A DNA stretch of 63,199 nucleotides, the filler included, from Choristocarpus tenellus KU-1152 (Eukaryota; Protista; Phaeophyceae), in NCBI GenBank assembly GCA_964200185.2. It is 11 parts of 11 records of this genome, joined end to end, with 100 filler letters (N's around TTAATTAATTAA, not from the genome) between each part and the next. Parts side by side here need not be neighbours in the genome. Positions count along the whole stretch, not along the records: positions 1 to 10,009 come from CAXNAD020003208.1; positions 10,110 to 14,021 come from CAXNAD020017193.1; 9 more parts are not named here. The stretch is one strand, 5' to 3'. The notes under the pieces are model-generated. The model was not told the origin of the DNA. It saw nothing but the letters and a program-made list of their open reading frames with translations, and ran no database searches. Both the position numbers and the translations under genes were made by a program. Shown in pieces: positions 1 to 13,140 of this stretch (its first letter is position 1; each line of letters starts with the position of its first letter).

Positions 1-30
1 ACTGTGAAAAAAAAAAAAACAAGAGTGAAA

Positions 31-79
<49 letters not shown>

Positions 80-342
80 TGTGTGTGTTGTGCAGGAGAT
101 GATGTGTATTATGTGGGGCATGCTATCTGATGCTTAACTAGAGGATGGCACCACAAAAGCATCAAAAGCATCAGTCCCCTCGGCAAGAACTCGGGAGCAA
201 TTGCAACGCTCGTGAAAAATGGGCAGCAGAGTAGTGCTGAAATCAATGTTTGGCGTTGGTCTATGGCAATGGGTAACCCAACAGAATAATCGCGTGAGGT
301 AAATGAGCTAGAAAGGGAGCGTCCACACATACACCGGCCCTC

Positions 343-445
343 TTTCAGTAATAGTTAACCAATCAAAATATTTCGCATCTATCATTTCAGTAATAGTTAA
401 CCAATCAAAATATTTCACATCTATCATTTCAGTAATAGTTAACCA
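343..445. repeat. 42-bp tandem repeat, ~2.4 copies
   Basis: TTTCAGTAATAGTTAACC recurs at 343, 385 and 427. Confidence 0.9.
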
Positions 446-1407
446 GACCAAAACCGCAGTCGTTGAGAAGAATGAATGCATGCTCTGTATTTGTCGTTAA
501 ACTTCACCAACCACTTGTTGGGTGCAAAATGTACATTCAAATGGAAAATTGAAAACAAAAAATGAAAAATTGAGCACGAGCAAGGAAACAAATATATTGT
601 TCATGTTGGTGTGGGCTGCCGATTCCCCTTAAGCTCATCTAAAGCAGATGGTATTCAGCAAGTGGGATAGAAGGGCCAACCCAGGCTGTTCATATGTTCA
701 ATGCCGAGTGGCACCCCCCTATCGGCAGAAAATGACAAGAAAAAGAGGGAATTTCCACTTTCTTTCTTTTTGTAACGGAATATATTATAGTGTGTTTTAC
801 AGTGATAGTGTCACCCCAGTAGGTAGGACAACATTCACTTTGATTTGTTCGATGCTTTCAGCACAATAAAAAGGAACTTCATCTCACCCCAACATGACTT
901 TCTGCAGGAAATGGCTGCAAAAATAGAAACATCCCACACCCAAAGTCGGCTCAAGTGGGGCTCTCCAACTCCCGGGGATGGCTTATGGCTTGTGGCGCGC
1001 TACTCGGCGACCCACGGCTGCTGGCTAAGCCAGCGCCAACTCTGTTTAGGCGCATCGATTGCTCTGCCAGGCAACGATCCCACAACTCCACCATAATTAT
1101 GTTTACTTCCCTGACCACACTATATCTAGCATTTGATACTGTATGTGGACTTGATGGTTCACAAAGGATAGTCTATGATCCGTGTCTCAATTCAATGATA
1201 GCCTCAACTACTGCTATAAATGATGTGGAAGGGGTGAGCAAAATGAGGTAAGGAGAGCGCAAGAGGTGGCGGGCAACATGAATATTACCAAGTAAGAGGG
1301 GTGTGCAAACATTTAAACTTGCTCCACGAAAGAAATGAATACAAGGTCCACACCATTCAAGCACGACCTCGTCTCCACTTTGTTCAATCAGTGCAATACA
1401 ACCTCAC

Positions 1408-2233
1408 CTGGCCCAGGAGCAAAGGTATAGGCGCTCTCGGCTTCCCTATAGGCCTCATGAGGTAGGAGCACAGACGGTACCTGCTGAAATCCAGGTACAT
1501 TGCCCGCCGTTGACCCAGGATTCAATCCCAGCTCCCTCAAAAGTCTGAGGTCGTTGAAGTAATTTAAACACTCGTCAGTAATTGCCCGACCATCGTTTCC
1601 CCCCCCCTCCGCAGAAGATACTAGCTCTGCCTCCGAACGTGCCATCGCACCGTGATCCTCTCCCATACCGTCCATTACAATTACGAGGCCACGGGAAAAG
1701 GGTGCCGAGTCCGCGGCGGACCATGCGTGAGCGAGGTGGTGCGAAAGCTCGGCGTGCGAGGCTTTTGGAAGGAGGTTGGAGGGAGAGACGTATGACGACG
1801 GATGGATCCCCATTGGTACAGTCCACGGTAACCGGCGCTCAAATGGAGCTACCCTGTAGTGATGGTTGTTGGAAACAACAAGACGAACATCATCGAGGGA
1901 GGCCCCGATGGAGTCCAGTGCGTGCTGCACCAACTCGCCAGTGTCGCCACCATCATGCTTCGTCCGGGTCAACCGCTCCTTCTCCCCAGCAAACAAGCGC
2001 GATCCATCTTTGGCACTCAGCACACACACAGAAGAATCATGACTGTATCTGTTGAGACCAACGATTAGTCCACCTGATGCCCTATCTGAAGTAGCAGCAA
2101 GAGTGAGTTGTTTCCTCGAGGTGCGAAAGAACGATGGTCTGAAGGGCAAATTCGGCTCGAGTGAAAAGCTCGAGGATGGGCTAACCCCTATAAGTGCAAT
2201 CACTACCGTTGTAAGACACAGGTGAGTCCCCAT
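1408..2233 (-). CDS. O-carbamoyltransferase (NodU/CmcH/TobZ family), N-terminal Kae1-like domain, first exon; predicted plastid-targeted; later exons not identified
   Basis: Family motifs GLNRYSHDSSVCVL, EKERLTRTKHDGG, SHHLAHAWSA and VMDGMGE. The likely start at 2233 gives signal peptide MGTHLCLTTVVIALIGVSPSSS|F followed by a Ser/Arg-rich transit peptide. Donor CAG|GTGAGG at 1408/1407. Confidence 0.88.
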
Positions 2234-3659
2234 TCGAGACCTTGTAGCTCCCTGTACCAACGTATCGGAGAGGGCACTGTCGCATATATCATGAATCACC
2301 GTGCATACCATATCTCAATAACTAACTGAAATCCGGTAACGGCATTTAGATACAATACTCTAAGCCAAGTATTGTTGGGATTAATCGCGCGCACTCAGCG
2401 CGCAGATCCAAATTGAAACAAGACAACAACGCCATGGACACTCCAACGAACACAGAATAGATAGAGGAATGAGGAGTGACATCAACACCATCGAGGATAT
2501 CCTAGGTTACGTAAAAAAGAAAAAAGCTCAGCAGACATAATCACCACACTTGGTTGATCGCTAAGTCACTTATTTTGCTTGGTTAGTGGTGTATGGCTGC
2601 ATAGACCTCAGTGATGTGCCAGTCATCCATGAAGTACTTGGCTCCATCCACACATACATATATATGTTCCACCTGTTTGAGTCTGCAACAGAAGCCCACT
2701 GATGATCAGATGTGATGTCGAAATCCTTTAGATAATCTTGGATGTGCTTATTCAAGTTTTGAAATTGTTAAGAGGACAGAGTCCTCCATCATTTCTGAAA
2801 GGCTATACTAAAACAATAGTTCTTCAGTCAAAACTTACATCGCATGTATGTGTCATTAACACCTCAAACACGTGCATATAATATACACACCCTGCAAACA
2901 AAGCTGTCAGGTGATGCATTGCGGTCGAAATTACTCTTGATCGCTCAGTGGGCACGCAAGGATGTTTTACTGGGCCTCGACCCTCTGAGAACACCTTCCC
3001 ATATTTGTGGAAACTCTATACATATTTTACATTCTACATCGTGGGATGCGATCCATTCCACGAAGCCGAGTATCCACACCAACACAGGCACCAAGGTGGC
3101 GAACCAATCATGAACCTGCAAAGTATAGGCCTACAGACTTTGTAGTCACGACGCCACAATGGTTTCCTGGTATTTTCAGGGTGTATCAGCAATTAAATAT
3201 CGGCATTGAAAATATTCGAATACTATTCATTCTCAGATTTCGAAAATGCGGTCAAGGGCAGCAGATAGAGGCAATAGCCCGAAAATGGGCAGTTAAGGGT
3301 CACACCAGCCGTCACCTAACATCTTTAGTTGCAAACTTGACAGAAAATGTCTCTCACCTTGAGGTCTTGATCTTCACAGCCTCAACCCTCACTCCACACT
3401 ACTACATATTATAGTAGTAGTAACTATTGTTTTATGATTTTTACACCCTAATTGTTATCATTACTACTATTTCTACCATTTATTTTATTTTTTATCATCA
3501 CATTAGTCTGAAGCATCCATCGTCGAAAAGTAGTCCAATAAAGGCAATACAGAGAAATGGCAACAAGTGTGAGAGCTATCTTCCAACTAAGGTATACCTT
3601 TAAGGCGACCTATCTTGAAGAATCTGTTGTTAATATGACTTCTGTTTTTGAATGTTGAA

Positions 3660-4930
3660 GTTAATATCTACTTGAAGTGAATAGTGGGTGGATTGAGGGG
3701 ATCTTGCAAACGTCCTTCATCCACTTTCCACTTGTTCACTCTTTCCTGAGTGATCTTCTGAGGGATTGCTCTCCCTCTTGCCTTTTGTATCTCTCCATTT
3801 TCTTGCCTCCTGTGTTTCTTCCCAGTCCCCTCCAGTCTGAAGAACCTGTTGGCCTGTTCCCATCTGATTCACACAACGAAAGCAGAAAAAAAAAGTACAA
3901 TAAAAAGAAAGAAACAGGAGAACAAAAGAGAAATGAGAAGAGAGAATAGAACTTGGAGGTGGGAAAGTTCATGAAGTAATCTGAGTTTTACAACTGGGAG
4001 AATTCTGGTAGGAATGACGTATGGGGGACAGAGGGATGATTAAGGTAAAAAGAAAATAAGGATGGAATAGACGAAGAGTTAAGGACTGATTGGCTAGGAG
4101 ACAGAAGAGGGCGGAGAGAAGTTCAAAGAAAAATGGATGGTAGGTGGTGGGAAGCACGAGGAAGGAGGGGATGGATCAGAACATAAGGAAACCTGAGGTT
4201 GGCGGGACAGGACAACCAAGGCTAGAACAAGGTAACCTCCGAGCAATCTCTCCCACCCATCCACCCTCACAATTGGTCGCATCTGACTGGGATGGTGGGG
4301 AATAGGGGGGGGGGAGGTCAAGTTTGGGCAGGGTAGACGTCTTCTAGTTCAAAGGCCCGGTATATGAAGTGGGCGATGAAGGATTTTTCTTTGGTGATTG
4401 CAGAGTGGTGCTGACTGGTGTGGTGAAGTGGCAAGTTTTGTGGTGAATGATGTTGAATGATGTGGTGAATGATGCTGAATGATGTGGTGAATGATGCTGA
4501 ATGATGTGGTGAAGTGGAAAGTGCGGGAAATTGTTATGGTGTTGAGTGGTGTGGAATGGTGTGGTGAAGCGGAAAGTGGGGGAAGGTGTTGTGGGGTTGA
4601 ATGGTGGTGAATGGTGTGGTAGAGTGGAAAGTAGTGTGCGGTTGAGTGGGGTTGAGGGGAAAGTGGTGGTGACTGGAAATCAGTGGTGAAGGGGTTGCAC
4701 TGGTTGGTAATCGGATGTGGCTAGTGACTGGAAATCAGGGGCGAAGGAGACGCACTGGATGGTCGTAGCATGTGATTGGTGACTGGAAATCATTGACGAA
4801 AGGGGTTCGCACTGGTTGGTCACAAGTGGTGATACAATGGGGGAGAGTAGAATGGGTCGAATGCAAACAAATATTGAATAATAGTAACAATCGAGAATTC
4901 GTCACCAAAGCAAAATACCACCCAAAAAAC
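3660..4930. repeat. Dispersed composite repeat (purine-rich block plus ~57-bp GGTGACTGGAAATCAGTGGTGAAGG... tandem units); decayed TE of uncertain class
   Basis: 3980-4930 is homologous to 28230-29480. 3670-3873 and 4790-4915 are homologous to 60645-61045. Confidence 0.75.
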
Positions 4931-5129
4931 ATAGGGATAAGAAAATTAAAAAGTGAGCGAAGGGTGGAAGAGAACAACCCACGAAGAAAAAAACATTCAG
5001 GAGCTAGTGATGGTGGTATTGGTGACTTGGGCGACCTCAGCTGCTGTTTTTGTGTGATATACATTAGCTATCACAGCTTCCTGGGAATGCCGATGGCCAT
5101 GAACCTTGATTTGCTGTTAGCCACACACT

Positions 5130-6760
5130 CATATCACTTCTATTGGAAAGAGACTCTAGTGCTCCAGTCCTCAACTCTAATCCCAAACTATTCAAGGTCG
5201 TATCTTGGAAAAATGTCTACCACCTTTCTCCTGTGCACCGTTCTTCCGTTTTCTATTTTCAAGCTCCCCAGACACCAATATCTTTGTGAGTCGCTCGTCC
5301 CCCATACAAGCAACTGACCCAGCAAATCGAAACCTCCATTTGCATACCGTTGCTCCAACGCCCTTGCACCCGGCCTTTGTAAAAGCTTCTTTATAGGATA
5401 GAATGTGATTAGTGTATTCTCGTTTGCAGAAACCTATGCAGCAGAGGAGGAATTTATGATGATGTGAGCAGATATCTAGATAATGAACCTGGTGGAGTGT
5501 CCACGTCATATATATAACCACATAACAGAATTCAAGTACTTCAGACTTTAAGAGTTGGATCTTAAGCTAAAGTGAGACACCTTTGGCCATGCCATAATGA
5601 ACTTGGTTGTATTTGCTAAAAACAATTCCAAGCTTTCTGGATCTTCCAGCTGATTTCATAGTAATAATAGCAGCATTGTCACTTATGATTCCAACGAGGT
5701 AAATCAACTTGTTGGTCTGCTTGTAGGTTTGGTCCAGTGCCTAAATCTGCATGGTTTCGGCATCCTGATTAGGGGGGCGAAGACACATAGTCTCTGTCAT
5801 TATTGTTGACACAGCCATACCAAATGATTTAACCACCTTCACAAGCACTGCCATCATCCTGGCTAGACCTTCCTCGGTCTTAGAGACAGTGCCCACATCA
5901 TCAGCATAAAGCATACCCCACAAAAGCCATTCAGGTGTTGTTCCACTCCCTGGTGCTTCTCTTCCTCTGATTCAGTTGTTTGTGGCAGCTCCCTTTGATA
6001 GTAACACGGTCCTTGGAGATGGTCGTGTCAGAGGTGAACTCCTTAATTGCCATACTTAGTATCGCAGAGAAGATGTCGACAAGGGTAGCAATAATAACCC
6101 ACCCCTGCCAAAGGCCCATTCCAACCTCTAACGCGTGAAAGTATCTTAGAGGGTACGAGTTTTGTCCTGTTTGTCCATTTGGGGCTTGGCTTCCCTCTTT
6201 TTTTTTAAATGACATGTTCCTACTCCAAAATATTTCGGAGAAGGTAAAATGTATATGTTATGAAAAGGTGTGTCTGGAACAAGGATATTGACACTTCCTA
6301 ACAAACACAATAGCGAAAATTATATAAAAATTGCAACATTGGATTTTGACCCCGAATGGACGCGCCTTTAACCTCTAAGATACTTTGACTCTAACCAGTC
6401 TGTGCACTCACCATCATCCATGTGAACACATGCCCTCCTACCATCATGGAATTGACGGATGACTGAGACCATCTTCGGAGGTATGCAAAATTGGCCAGCA
6501 CAACCCAAAGGAGATCATGATTTACAGTCATATGCTTTCTATAGATTGATAAAACGCATGAGGGGTACATGCTTTTCTTGGCGAAGCTCTTGGAGGGCAT
6601 GTGGGGTGTACATCATATCCACTGTGGAGCGTCAGGGCCATAAAACACACTGTCCCTCGTGCCTCTCAACAGAGAGGATACCAAACATGGTCAGTGAGCC
6701 TCCTAACCATGTTACAAACGCCGTGTTCACACACCTAGTATAGATGGGTTAGTGGCCTCA
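5130..6760 (-). mobile_element. Degenerate RTE-like LINE (RT and C-terminal region), split by a MITE at 6133-6391
   Basis: Fragments (RA)CVHMDDGECTDWL|EVGMGLWQG, WGMLYADDVGTVSKTEEGLARMM and TWTLHQVHYLDICSHHHKFLL...GDERLTKILVSGEL resemble brown-algal RTE RT. Stops and frameshifts are present. Confidence 0.88.
6133..6391. mobile_element. MITE family A copy (~260 bp, ~23-bp TIR GAGTSAAAGTATCTTAGAGGGTA) with 4-bp TSD TAAC
   Basis: TIRs at both ends and TAAC at 6129-6132 and 6392-6395. Removing the element and one TSD restores the LINE RT frame (DWL-EVG). Confidence 0.9.
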
Positions 6761-8285
6761 CTTCTCAAGTCCTTAGGTAGATAATGAGACGCAAAGATTG
6801 CGCCACAATCAAAATATCGTTAAATATACTCTCACTTTGATTATTCATGTTATGATTTGATCGAGGTAAGAAAAGGGCAGACATGGGTAATGAATGGTCT
6901 CATAATGACCAAATAACAAACAAAACGTCAAGAAACGTAACATATGAAATCTAGGACTTTAAGCTCATAATTGTGTTAATGAAAACCTCCATTGAAACTC
7001 ATTGCATGTAACCTGAACTCCTGTTACAAAACGCTCTGCAAGCGACCTCCAAGTTACAACACGCTTTGCAAGTTTACCACGATGGGATGTGTAGCTTCAA
7101 TCCACAAGGCTGTATATGAACCACGAAGGCTCCATAATGTAAATGCCATCAAGTAAGTATACTGGATCTCTCACTTCGATTATTCACTTCATGAGTATCA
7201 TCAATATACAAAAAGAACTGGGCAACGATGTATCACCTCAATGGGTCGTCGTGTTGACAAAATAATAAATAAATAATCAAGAAGTACATATATATATATA
7301 TGTATACATATTTTTGGGGCTAGTGCGTAGTTACCACTAGTAGTTGTTTTCATGCCCTTTCCCGTTCCTCCATGGCTTCCAGGAAGTTTGCTTAAGCTTG
7401 GACACTCCCACACCACCCTCCCACACCACCCTCTAGGCAGCACCCTTTAGGCAGCACCCACCATGAAGGGGTTAGAAGGACTGCTGAGGCAGCGTCCAAC
7501 AAATAGGGTTTTGTATGAAGATTCCAAATCGTCAAGAGTGGAAGGTATATCAGGCGTATCTTTGGGTGGCACTGCCTCTGTTGTTGTGATGATTTTTTCT
7601 GCTGTCATTCTTCCTAGCTTAGATCTCAAGGGTGGTAGTAGATATAAGTATTTGTTAATTGGTGAATTTATGTCCCTTCCTACTAATTCAAAACTTTCGT
7701 TTGGGAGCAAAATGTTCATGGAGAGGAACCGATGACGATACGATACGGCGATCCGATTCGATTGTGAAACCAAATCCCCTGTCACGTTCTGGATGAGGGG
7801 GCGGTCAGACTAACTTTTAAGGACGTAATCAAAATGAAGATACTCCATTTCCCCTCTATCGCCCAAGTACGTGGACTCTTTCGGCTGGATACAATAAAAA
7901 ATGTGTTCATTGCTTCAAAGATCACCACCCAATGCAATCAGGTGCATGTGGCCGAAGAATCGTCGTGATTTCCCCCTCCCTCACCTCTTTTGCAGTGCGC
8001 TTCATTCAAAACAAATATGTTACCATTGAAACGAGTGTGTTGGATGATAATATTAGTGATGAATTCTTCCCAAAAAAGTATCCCCTTCAACGTCAATCGC
8101 GTACTACTATTCATGTAGAAGTAGTACTACGTACGTAATAATAGTATGGGGTATGTAAGGTATGGATTTCATTTTTATTTTATTTAGTATGAAGGTAGTA
8201 GTGTCATGTAGTCATGACGTTCACGCACTATCACTTGACGAGTGGTACTTCTGTATCTCCTGGCTTGGGAAGCGGCGTCAAGACG

Positions 8286-9882
8286 ATGAAGACAACTGCT
8301 GTTGCCTTTGTTTGTGCCGGTAAGCCTGGGTGATGGTAATCAAGGCGAATGGTCGAAACCAAGTTCATTGCACTCCTTCTAGCGGTGGTAGCCGCACATT
8401 GGTAAAGTTCATGGGGAATGTGCGCTATTAAAAGAATGGGCTACTCTGTAAACTATAGAGCATTTACTTGTCTTACGATGACATGGTGCCTGGAATGTGT
8501 TGCGATTGCTGTTTCCATTACCTTTTATTGGACTTTCAGTCGTGAGGATGGCCCTGTTTTGTGGGAGGGTAGCCCACAACAACAGTGTAAGACCTGTATA
8601 CCTCGACCGTGTTTCAGTATTTGCACTTAGATGTTAGTCAGAGCTGAGGTGAGTGCCTGAGTGAGATTAACTTGTAACTTGTGATGGAATACATCACTTC
8701 ATTGCTGCCCCGCTTGGCGTATGCCCCAGTTCAAGAACATGACAAAGTAAAATCTTCTGTCTACCGTACGCTCGACTTCTGGCGTACATAAGGGTGTGCC
8801 CTGGGAGTAGATGCCCTCCGGCCGTCAGGTTTCCTAGGAAACTCTTTTGAGCGGGCGAGGACAACGGTTAGGACGCCTGCCTCTGCACCAGCACGATGTG
8901 GAGGAAATGTGGCCACTGGTGACGAGGCGGGGGTAATGGGAATGCACATGGGTATCACACGACGGGAGGTACTTCAGGTGGGCGCTGTGATATCGGTAAT
9001 TACAAACTTAACGTACTTTCTTAATTGCGCAGTAAGAGGCCTGTTTGTCTTGAGCTGGGAAAATAAGGTATTGCTTCTCTACCTATGCTTGGCCTGGAAA
9101 ATGCGCTTTGAAGTGCTGGAGAGCTACGCGTCGAAGTCCACAGCCTCACAATGCGCAAGTGGCATATCATGAGGCCTGTCAGAGTGAACATATCAGATGG
9201 CGTAGAGCGAGGAGTAAGAGTTCAACTTCAGTGAATGTGTCAATGTGTCAATGTGTCGATGACATGTAGGGAGAGTGAATGTGCTGGAAGTAGGGAAGGC
9301 ATATCAACACCCAAGGCTCCCCTTCACCTTTGGTCGCTCTTGTCAAATTCTTGCCCCGTACCATGCCCCATTGCAATCCCCACCTTCTCCCCTTCAAATC
9401 CGAGCTATCTTCAAATCCTAGGTAGTATGGAAGTACATTGTGTGTATATTCCTTTGTTCGACTGTATGCTTTAAGATAGGAGGGGAAACGAACCATTCTA
9501 CATGCGGTCAACATGGAACCTCCCTCCCCCTACCCTGCCCTCACCGCCCACCTCTTGACGAACCCTAGAACTTTCTATTTGCGTATTGAAGACATGGGTT
9601 GTTCCTCAGAGTGGGTTCATCGCCTCACCATAAAGTTAACTCTACTGTCCACAGTCTATGCCATGACCTAACCCCGCCCCTTCCCTTATCTGCACCCTTC
9701 TATCTCCTCCCTGGGTGCAGCGCTTTGGGTTGGGAATTGCTTCCCTTGTGGCAGGAACAGCAAGTGTACCACCGAATGCCTTTGCGGTGGGAGGGGTAGA
9801 AGCGGTGAAGTCCCGGTTTGGTGAGAAGCTGAGGCGGGCAGCGAAGATGTTGGATGAGCTACAGGAAGACATCTTTAACAAG
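8286..9882 (+). CDS. Nuclear-encoded thylakoid-lumen protein with tripartite presequence, possibly PsbQ-like; 3' part missing at contig end
   Basis: Exons 8286-8319, 8793-8977 and 9721-9882 splice in frame: MKTTAVAFVCAGCALGVDA|L..., transit peptide, TRREVLQRFGLGIASLVAGTASVPPNAFA (twin-Arg, hydrophobic core, AxA), then helical VGGVEAVKSRFGEKLRRAAKMLDELQEDIFNK. Confidence 0.78.
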
Positions 9883-10009
9883 GTAGCTATGATTCACTTT
9901 GCTGCTGCCTCTACTACTGTGTCGATAGCCATCACCGCAGAGAGGTCTTCTGTGCCCCCCCCCCATCCCTTTTTTTTGAGTTAAGTTTTTTTTTTTTTTT
10001 TTCTTTATT

Positions 10010-10109
10010 NNNNNNNNNNNNNNNNNNNNNNNNNNNNNNNNNNNNNNNNNNNNTTAATTAATTAANNNNNNNNNNNNNNNNNNNNNNNNNNNNNNNNNNN
10101 NNNNNNNNN
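10010..10109. other. Artificial contig-joining spacer (N44-TTAATTAATTAA-N44); same spacer at 14022-14121, 18782-18881, 21957-22056, 27593-27692, 30650-30749, 42853-42952, 51718-51817, 55133-55232, 60456-60555
   Basis: Identical 100-bp N-flanked linker with stop codons in all six frames. Separate 10-N scaffold gaps lie at 13046-13055 and 44934-44943. Confidence 0.98.
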
Positions 10110-11044
10110 GGGGGGGGGGAAGGGAGGTTTAAGGAGGGTAAAGTGTTGATGAAGGTAGCAGAATGAGGAGAGATGAGAGGTCCGTGAATTCGTCGGGACA
10201 TTCAGTGGCAGCTGCATGTAACGACACATTGTGTGCTGTTTACACATTGCGTTCATAGATCGTTCCAAGCACAGGAAACAAAGACAAGGACATCCCGTGC
10301 TTGGAACGATTTTTGCAACAGTTGCGGGATAGTTGAGGAATGGATTGAAGAAGAAAAATTAAACATTGGACCAAGCACAAATCAATAACTCACCATATGT
10401 TTGGATTCCACTCCGTAGTCATTATAATATATCAATCTGAACTATGGTAGGGCACCACCGCAAAGGATTTCTGTTGCTAATAATATGACACTACTTGTGT
10501 TCAATGCATCTCTTAGTTAGCAATGTAGGCGGACCACGATCCCTCAAGAAATCACATAAACATAAAACCATACCTCTCATTTCATTTAATGTTAGTGCTT
10601 TACTCTCATGTGTCTGAACCCTAACCCAAAGACCCTGGAGGCTGTCAGCACCCTCAACGACTTGTACCCCAGGATCAAAGTATAGGTTCACCATCCCAAT
10701 CCCAATCGTTTTTCTTGTCCTTACCAAAAATCTCCACAGGACACACCAACAGAGTACGAGTAGTTGAAATACAAAAGAAAAAAAAATACTTCTCTATTGA
10801 ATGGAAAGTTCCTTTCATCAAGCAAACAATCATTGGGCAGATTTCGGTCTCTATGCTCCCCATAACCCTGCTATTCCCTTTGATCAGGAACACAGCTCCA
10901 CTCTGCCAGCTTCGGCCATCCTGTCCCATTTTAAGGATTTCTTGTTTCTTAACAAGAACAACTTTTTGGGGGGACTAACGATATAACACTTAGGGTGTTC
11001 GTCTTTGTGATTGGTTGATCGTTTCATCTACACCCCTACTGCAT

Positions 11045-11310
11045 GAGTCAAATCTCTTAGAGTGTACGAGTTTTGCCCTGTTTGTCCGTTTGGGGCTTGG
11101 CTTCCCATGTTTTTTGTTTATGCCCTTTTTCGGGTTTTCGGTTTTCTGTGTCAACACAGTTAACAAAAATGTATACGGCTATGGAAGGTGTGTCCGAAGG
11201 AAGGGTATTGACACTTCCTAACAAAACACAACAGCCCAAATCCACCGAATGATAACATTGGATTTATGACCCTGAACAGGCTTGGCCCTACTCTCTTAAA
11301 TGCTTTGGTC
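11045..11310. mobile_element. MITE family A copy, flanked by CAT/CAT
   Basis: Homologous to 6133-6391, with degenerate TIRs. Confidence 0.8.
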
Positions 11311-11730
11311 CATCACTCTGCAAACAATCAAGCACTTGGTGGGGGACGATCCTGACGAGCTGATCATTGTCTGTATACCGATTTTTTTTTATATACCAGG
11401 GTCAAACTATTCGGTTTCTCTTTTTCTCTTTTTTTTTACCCTTACGATGACACAATTCGGAACACCAAGCCAAGCTGTGCGTCAGGTAACGTCACATAAA
11501 AAAAAAACTGCTTGCCACTTCAATACGAAAAACGCGTAACTGCATAGAGAGTATGATACTCCTCTCGAGTTAGGTTGCCTCTTCCTCAAAGAAGGCATTT
11601 AAACCACTTCTGAAAAAAAAAATCGCTTTTGCCATGCTCTCTCTCTCTCTTTATATATATATACTTATGTACTTATTTACTTATGTACTGATTGGCTAGA
11701 CTGACTGGGAAGTCGACATCCGGTCCTTAC

Positions 11731-13109
11731 GTTTGTTCCAAGATCGGCCAGGTAGTTGTGGGCAAAGCTTCGTGCCGCTACCTTCTCCAGCAGTGCCTCC
11801 CTAGCTTTCTTGAACTCTTGCTGCTGCTTCATTCGTCGCTGCCTTTCTCACCAACATTCCGATTTTAGGCGGGTGGCACAGGCAAAGTGTTTCCATGGCC
11901 AAGTAGGGTCCAAGTGTAGGAATAACAGCCACGGGAGATTATCCCAGACGAGGTACAAGTCAAGTCAAGCGTTTTCATGAGCATCTAAGTTGCAGTGAGT
12001 GAGGAGTGTGAGCTGCAGTGAACCAAACCATAAGAGACATTGAGAGACGAGTAATATGTTCCAGAGTACAGAGTGTCTTTGTAAGGATGAAGAAACAATA
12101 TAGTGTTTGGCTTTTCGTTTTGCTACATCAAGATTGGCAATGGTCATATCTGACGATTTTCCCCCTACAGCAGCAGCGCATCAACAGAACAAAAAGGTCC
12201 AGTGAGTGCAAAAGTGGTAGGGTTTCTCTCCCAGCATCTTCGAAAAAAGAATAGGGCAAAGGATTTTCAGGATGGAAGGGGCAAACAGCCTTACGAAGTC
12301 CAACAAGAGTGTTTTGATCCTCAGGAGTCGGGGTATTGGGGAACGCCTCCGTACCCCTTTACCCATAATGTGTGAGAAATTTTCCTCCAGTCGCTTGGGG
12401 GCTGTCAAACGCATTGCAGAGAGAATATGTCTCTGATAACCCTCTTTGTCAGCATTGACACCTAACATTAATCCCTTTTGAGGCACTGTAAGATATCCAC
12501 TGAGTCAAACCATTGTTACCAGAGTCATCCAGAGCTATTCAATATTCAGTCCCTATTTCATTGTTACAGGGACAGAGTATCACACTGCGCCAAGCCTAAT
12601 GTAGAGAACATGGGGAGGGATCTGGCAAGAAAAACGAAACTAGTGCAAAGGCAAGGCACGTACAGGTACAGGGGGATATAGGGTGGAGGAATCTTACCAT
12701 GACTTACGACTGCATTAGAACAATCCAGATTGTCGATTCTTTATTTGTGGGGTATCTACAGATGGCTCACACCACTACTACTACTCCTGAACATGTGGGT
12801 TATCCAATCGTTTATATATACACATAATGTGTGTGTGTGCTAGAACACCAAGATATAGTTATCATACTGGCTGCCCTCCAATGGTCTCACTCATAGACAT
12901 GCCATTATTAACATATTATTCATATCTGTAAGTAGATTGGTCAATGCAGAAAAGAGTCAGAAACAGCTGAGTAGTTAAGATCAGACTTCTCAGGATTCTG
13001 AGGTACCAGATGGGGGGGGGGGGGGATAATTTTTTTTTCATCACCNNNNNNNNNNAAAAAAAAAAAAAAAAAAAGAAAGAATTAAGTAATGATTTATTTT
13101 TTGAGGGGT

Positions 13110-13140
<31 letters not shown>

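Noticed and set aside
2890-3414. Candidate exons on either strand
   Set aside because: No consistent frame or homology could be established.
7201-7785. Minus-strand ORFs MTAEKIITT... as a gene
   Set aside because: In-frame stop, no recognisable domain, and no reliable splice partners.
10054-10065. Recurring TTAATTAATTAA as a biological motif; gene neighbourhoods across spacers
   Set aside because: It is an artificial linker, so adjacency between contigs carries no biological meaning.
10620-10700. YFDPGVQVVE as the next RSP3 exon
   Set aside because: Only superficial similarity, and no convincing in-phase acceptor or flanking conservation.
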